IMG/VR virus record: IMGVR_UViG_3300001533_002564
Location: 1 to 64,000 of that record
From: a virus
DNA length: 64,000 nucleotides
Reading direction: 5' to 3' (one strand)
The position numbers were made by a program, and so were the translations under genes. The notes below the pieces were generated by a model. That model had not been told where the DNA came from. It ran no database searches and was given only the letters and a program-made list of their open reading frames with translations. Shown here piece by piece: positions 59,878-64,000 of this stretch. Position 1 is the stretch's first letter. Each line of letters begins with the position of its first letter.

Positions 59878-60159
59878 TTATTCTTCTAAAGCAATCCATT
59901 TTAATACACTAAATCCTTTATTTAAATTTTCAAATTCATCAACTCTTTTATTCAGAATAAAAAGAACTTGTTCCATATTTTCTTGAATATCTTCTAATGA
60001 AATATCTAATTTATCATGAATAATTTTACTAAAAATTTCCCAATTATTTTTAGCTTTATATTCACCATTAAAAATGATTTTTTCATCAATAGGATTAAAT
60101 ATTATTCGAATCCTTTTATTCTTGTTTTCTTCACCTTCTATTTTAACAATCCAATCCAT
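59878..60159 (-). CDS. Hypothetical protein
   Basis: ORF track. Confidence 0.6.
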   Translation of the reverse strand: MDWIVKIEGEENKNKRIRIIFNPIDEKIIFNGEYKAKNNWEIFSKIIHDKLDISLEDIQENMEQVLFILNKRVDEFENLNKGFSVLKWIALEE

Positions 60160-60961
60160 GATTAACTTTTTTTATCCATTTATAATTATTATATATCTGA
60201 CTTTTACTTATATTACATGCATATCTTAACGCATTATCAGAAGTTTTATTAATTCTTGCTGCTTCTTTGTATGAATCATAGGTTTCTACAATACGATTTG
60301 TTTTTATATCTATTTTATGAATCTTAATAGATTTTCTCTTATTAGACAAATGTTTTTCAGTTTCTTTAATTTTTCTTATTAAATTTTCAACATTAAATTC
60401 ATTTTCATACATCCATATATATTCACCAGATGAATATCTTTTTCCTCTTAAACAATTACTTATTGATGAAATTGAAATATTAGAATATATCGATGCCTTT
60501 TTTATGGAAGAAAAATGTTTAATAAATTGACCATCGATTGTAAACATAATAATTTCTTTTCTATTTACAGCATTTTTACCATAATTATAATGTTTTTCAC
60601 CACGACATGCATCACCAATTTTCTTTTTATGACTTTCAGTAAATTCTCTTTTTTTAATAAAATTAATTCCACTACCTCCCTTAGTCATATTTTTTAAATC
60701 ACTACCGTAGAATGATATCCAATATTTTTCTCTATTATTTAATAGTTCAATGTCAATTTCTTCAATTAATTCGATTATAGGTAATGAATTTTTATCTAAT
60801 AAACTATTAATCCATAAATATATATTTTGATTTTTAGTTTCTTCATACCTACAATTTCTAATGTGCTCATTAAGTCTCTTAATTAAACTAAATTTAGTTT
60901 GACCAACATATTTAATTTTATTAGTTATAGGGTCTTTTAATGAATATATTTTTCCTTTCAT
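60143..60961 (-). CDS. GIY-YIG homing endonuclease with NUMOD1-like repeats
   Basis: KIYSLKDP...KYVGQT...REKYWI...NMTKGG. Confidence 0.85.
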   Translation of the reverse strand: MKGKIYSLKDPITNKIKYVGQTKFSLIKRLNEHIRNCRYEETKNQNIYLWINSLLDKNSLPIIELIEEIDIELLNNREKYWISFYGSDLKNMTKGGSGINFIKKREFTESHKKKIGDACRGEKHYNYGKNAVNRKEIIMFTIDGQFIKHFSSIKKASIYSNISISSISNCLRGKRYSSGEYIWMYENEFNVENLIRKIKETEKHLSNKRKSIKIHKIDIKTNRIVETYDSYKEAARINKTSDNALRYACNISKSQIYNNYKWIKKVNHGLDC

Positions 60962-61025
60962 AACATCTTTTAATGTAAATACTAAGAAATTATAAAAAGT
61001 TTGCTCATGTAAAGTCTAAGTAAAA

Positions 61026-63536
61026 TTAATCTTCATCTGACCAATTATGGTCATAAATTAAGTCTAAACGACTTCTTGTTATTGCGACATATTCCAAGTT
61101 TTTTTCTTGAGCAAATTGCCAAGGTTTTGCTGTTTGCATTGGTAATAAATCTGGTCTGATAATAAAAACTCTATCTGTTTCTAATCCTTTAATTTTATGT
61201 ACTGTACTTAATACAATTCCCTGTATTTCATCAGTAAAAATTGTTTTTATTTTATATTTTAAATCCAATATGCTATCAGAAATTCTAGCAAGAAATAATA
61301 ATGTCATTACTTTATCTTCAAGTGCTGTATATCCACTATGGTCATTTGGGTTTAAAATGCCTTCTTTTTTTAAATCTTTTCTAAATGACTGAAGTTCTGT
61401 TTCCCAAAAACTTTTTAATTTTTCAATATTATTAATTTTACCAATTAATTCAATTAAATGAACTCCAATATCACTTCCCTTAATAATTGCTTTTTTACGT
61501 TGTGTAAGAAATTCAAAAAAGAGTTTTACTAGTGGCATTGTTGTTCTACAAAGTACAAAATCACCACTACGTGCTTCTTCTAAAACATTACCATCTCTAA
61601 CACTGCCTTCTGGAGCATCTGGAAGTGCTTTTATATTAGGAACAATCTCTTGCGCTTTTCTAATAACTGCTTGTGAACATCTAAATGATACTGAAAGTGG
61701 TAATATTTTAGTATTAGGAAATTTCTCAAACCACTGAAAACTTTTTTCATCAGCAGCATTAAAACCATAAATTCCTTGAAAGAAATCTCCGACACTAATT
61801 AATCTACCTTCAAGTTTTTTTGTTGTTCGATTACGTTTTAAAACCTTTTCAATTATTCTAATCTGACAACGATTTAAATCCTGTACTTCATCAACAAAAA
61901 CATAGTCTTGTGGAAAAAACCAAATACTATTATCAATTGCAGGTAGAAAAACCATATCTGTATAATCAAATGTTTTTCTATCTGTTGTCATAAAATCCAA
62001 TACTTTTAAGATACGTTTAATATCTTTTGGTTTATTAAGTGGAATATCATAGCGTTCTGATATATATGGAATAAATTCTGGTTTTATTGTTAAAGTCAAT
62101 CTACATAAATTACAGAGTTTCTTCATGTTATTGAGGTATATCGAAATTTCTTCTTCAGATTTTAATTCATCATCCAATCCCCATGATTTCGATTTTTTTA
62201 AAATAACCTTATCTGCCTTAAATTCATCAAATTGGATTTTATCACCATATTTTCTTTTAATTGCACCCATACCCAAACCATATGTAGTATAACATCTAAC
62301 GTGTTTAGGTAATTTTGTACCAAGTTCTTCTTTAATATGTTTATTAAACGCCAAAAACATTATTGATTTATCAACAGGTAATAATTTAACTGCTTCAACA
62401 ATTGTACTAGTATTGTGTGTTATTGTGAAATCACCTAATAAAAATCTTCCATTACCGTCTAATGTAAAACCATAATATTTTCCAATACCAATATTTTTAA
62501 CCTTAAATCCTGTTCTTAAAACAGATTTTATTTGTTTTCTTGCTTCACATTTCTTTCTAACTAATAAACAAGGTAGATTTTCAAATGAACCTGTTATTAT
62601 TATTCTCCAATAATTACCAATAAAGTTTAGTAATTTAATTCTCCCCTTTTTAGGTATGATATATGCACCAAAACCCAAACTTCTTGCAAGAAATAATAAA
62701 TCTTTTGCAAATTCAGTATGTTTTGTTGTAATCTCATAATATTTATTATTTGAATGTCCATCACTATCAATGATTCCAGCCAATAGTTTTAATCTATTCT
62801 CTTTTGAATTAATTAAATAATTTTTAGGTATTGAAAAACTACCATTAGTATTTAAGCATTTCTTAAACTCATCTCTTACTATATTATTTACTTTTCTCCC
62901 GTTAAAATTAGGTGTGGTTAATGAGACAGTTATTAATTTTTTTTGATATTCATTGAATTTTGGTGTAATATTTTTATATTTAATATTACCTAAATATTCT
63001 AAGATGGGTTTTTCATTAACATTTACTGAAATTGTCGGTGACCCATTTTTTTTTGTTCCATCACCTAACCATAAACCCATTAAATATGGGTCAATTTTTA
63101 TTGTCTGTGTCTTAAAATCAACCCCAACTCTTTGTAGTCTTGCATACTTGAAATTACCGTTTGGGTATTTAGGGTAATTTAATTCATTTAATGGAATATC
63201 CAATAATTTCTTTTTTTGTTCATGATGGTGAGTTAAAACATGAACATCATTACATACCCATTCATCCCCTTTTGTTGGTATCACCTTAAATAAATCACCA
63301 AAACCATTATTAGTTTTTAATACTTTTCTCGGTGTTGAATCATCACCAATTAATAAATCACCAATTTTAATATCTTGAACAAATTTAATTGTACCATCAT
63401 ACATTAATATTGGAGTATTAATTCCTAGACATTTTCCTGTACCTGCGTATGCCTTAATCAAAATATTTTCAGGTCTTTTTCTCGTGAACATGAATATTCT
63501 TTCCTGTTCTGGTGTTGCTATAATCATACTATCCAA
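61026..63536 (-). CDS. UvrD/Rep-like SF1 helicase with intein
   Basis: AYAGTGK|T, LAFN, VDEVQD, VGDFFQGIYGF, SFRC, STVHKIKGLE, YVAITR. Confidence 0.9.
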   Translation of the reverse strand: MDSMIIATPEQERIFMFTRKRPENILIKAYAGTGKCLGINTPILMYDGTIKFVQDIKIGDLLIGDDSTPRKVLKTNNGFGDLFKVIPTKGDEWVCNDVHVLTHHHEQKKKLLDIPLNELNYPKYPNGNFKYARLQRVGVDFKTQTIKIDPYLMGLWLGDGTKKNGSPTISVNVNEKPILEYLGNIKYKNITPKFNEYQKKLITVSLTTPNFNGRKVNNIVRDEFKKCLNTNGSFSIPKNYLINSKENRLKLLAGIIDSDGHSNNKYYEITTKHTEFAKDLLFLARSLGFGAYIIPKKGRIKLLNFIGNYWRIIITGSFENLPCLLVRKKCEARKQIKSVLRTGFKVKNIGIGKYYGFTLDGNGRFLLGDFTITHNTSTIVEAVKLLPVDKSIMFLAFNKHIKEELGTKLPKHVRCYTTYGLGMGAIKRKYGDKIQFDEFKADKVILKKSKSWGLDDELKSEEEISIYLNNMKKLCNLCRLTLTIKPEFIPYISERYDIPLNKPKDIKRILKVLDFMTTDRKTFDYTDMVFLPAIDNSIWFFPQDYVFVDEVQDLNRCQIRIIEKVLKRNRTTKKLEGRLISVGDFFQGIYGFNAADEKSFQWFEKFPNTKILPLSVSFRCSQAVIRKAQEIVPNIKALPDAPEGSVRDGNVLEEARSGDFVLCRTTMPLVKLFFEFLTQRKKAIIKGSDIGVHLIELIGKINNIEKLKSFWETELQSFRKDLKKEGILNPNDHSGYTALEDKVMTLLFLARISDSILDLKYKIKTIFTDEIQGIVLSTVHKIKGLETDRVFIIRPDLLPMQTAKPWQFAQEKNLEYVAITRSRLDLIYDHNWSDED
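62412..63431 (-). mobile_element. LAGLIDADG intein (340 aa) in helicase Walker A
   Basis: GK|CLGINTP...GLWLGDG...AGIIDSDG...ITHN|TST. Confidence 0.92.
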
Positions 63537-63780
63537 TTATTTCAATATTTGTTTCACGTATATCTAATTCATCATGTGTCATTTTGGGGTATTCAATACT
63601 TTTAGTTAAGAATCTTCTACTACTTAAATGCAATATATTATCTAATTCTATTAAAGATATTGTATTATTTAAATCACATTCATAAATATTTTTTGTAAAT
63701 AATTCTAAAATTAAAGAATATTCTTTTCGTGATAATCCCTGCACATCCAATTGGATATTAAATTTAATATTATTTATCAT
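63529..63780 (-). CDS. Hypothetical protein
   Basis: ORF track. Confidence 0.5.
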   Translation of the reverse strand: MINNIKFNIQLDVQGLSRKEYSLILELFTKNIYECDLNNTISLIELDNILHLSSRRFLTKSIEYPKMTHDELDIRETNIEIIG

Positions 63781-64000
63781 TTCTATCTAATTTTTCATTA
63801 ATTTCTTCAGTACTTAATTTAACCCAATGGTCATTAGTTATTCCATCAACTAATTCATATATTTCAATAATTGGTGAGAAATCATGTTGTCTATAAAAAT
63901 ATTTATTTTCACCACGTGGGTCACTATTAAGTTGAACACGTAATCCTTCTACCCTATCAAATAGTTTACCATTAAAAAAAATTTCTTTATTAGGTAATGC
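63770..64000 (-). CDS. Partial CDS (runs off window)
   Basis: Open frame ALPNKEIFFNGK...DRNDK*. Confidence 0.5.
   Translation of the reverse strand, partial: ALPNKEIFFNGKLFDRVEGLRVQLNSDPRGENKYFYRQHDFSPIIEIYELVDGITNDHWVKLSTEEINEKLDRNDK

Noticed and set aside
4696-63177. Many 60-140 aa ORFs nested in or antisense to large genes
   Set aside because: Alternate-frame artefacts without motifs or promoters
1-64000. Genome-wide stop-codon reassignment
   Set aside because: Long genes are intact in code 11, TGA and TAG serve as real stops, and no suppressor tRNA was found; the single in-frame TGA at 28833 is local

Overview
A 64 kb, very AT-rich segment of a T4-like jumbo phage. It uses the standard genetic code, and the host is probably Bacteroidota (TAnnTTTG promoters, a CarboxypepD_reg-type gene, type VI-B-like CRISPR repeats). 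The left half (1-31.6 kb, mostly minus strand) holds four tRNA blocks (about 27 tRNA or tRNA-like genes plus a tmRNA) interleaved with eight homing endonucleases. It also holds an Rnl1-type RNA ligase, an intein-containing class II ribonucleotide reductase, two vWA proteins, and a catalytically intact TnpB/Cas12f-like gene followed by a 9-repeat CRISPR array. The right half is the head module (split-intein terminase, portal, prohead protease, scaffold, major capsid), with virion proteins, a Mom-like/GIY-YIG fusion and an intein-containing UvrD helicase. Main discovery: each of the four tRNA blocks is preceded by a promoter, a short leader ORF absent from the ORF track, and an intrinsic terminator whose 5' arm can alternatively pair with a segment inside the leader ORF. 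The codon run of each leader matches the amino acids of the tRNAs downstream (T/R/I/N/S/G/F/C; K/Y; L/D/M/V/A/W/E; Q/P/H), and the four sets together cover all 20 amino acids with almost no overlap. This looks like ribosome-mediated attenuation that turns on phage tRNA operons when the matching tRNAs are depleted. All calls were made by eye; no database searches or folding programs were run.
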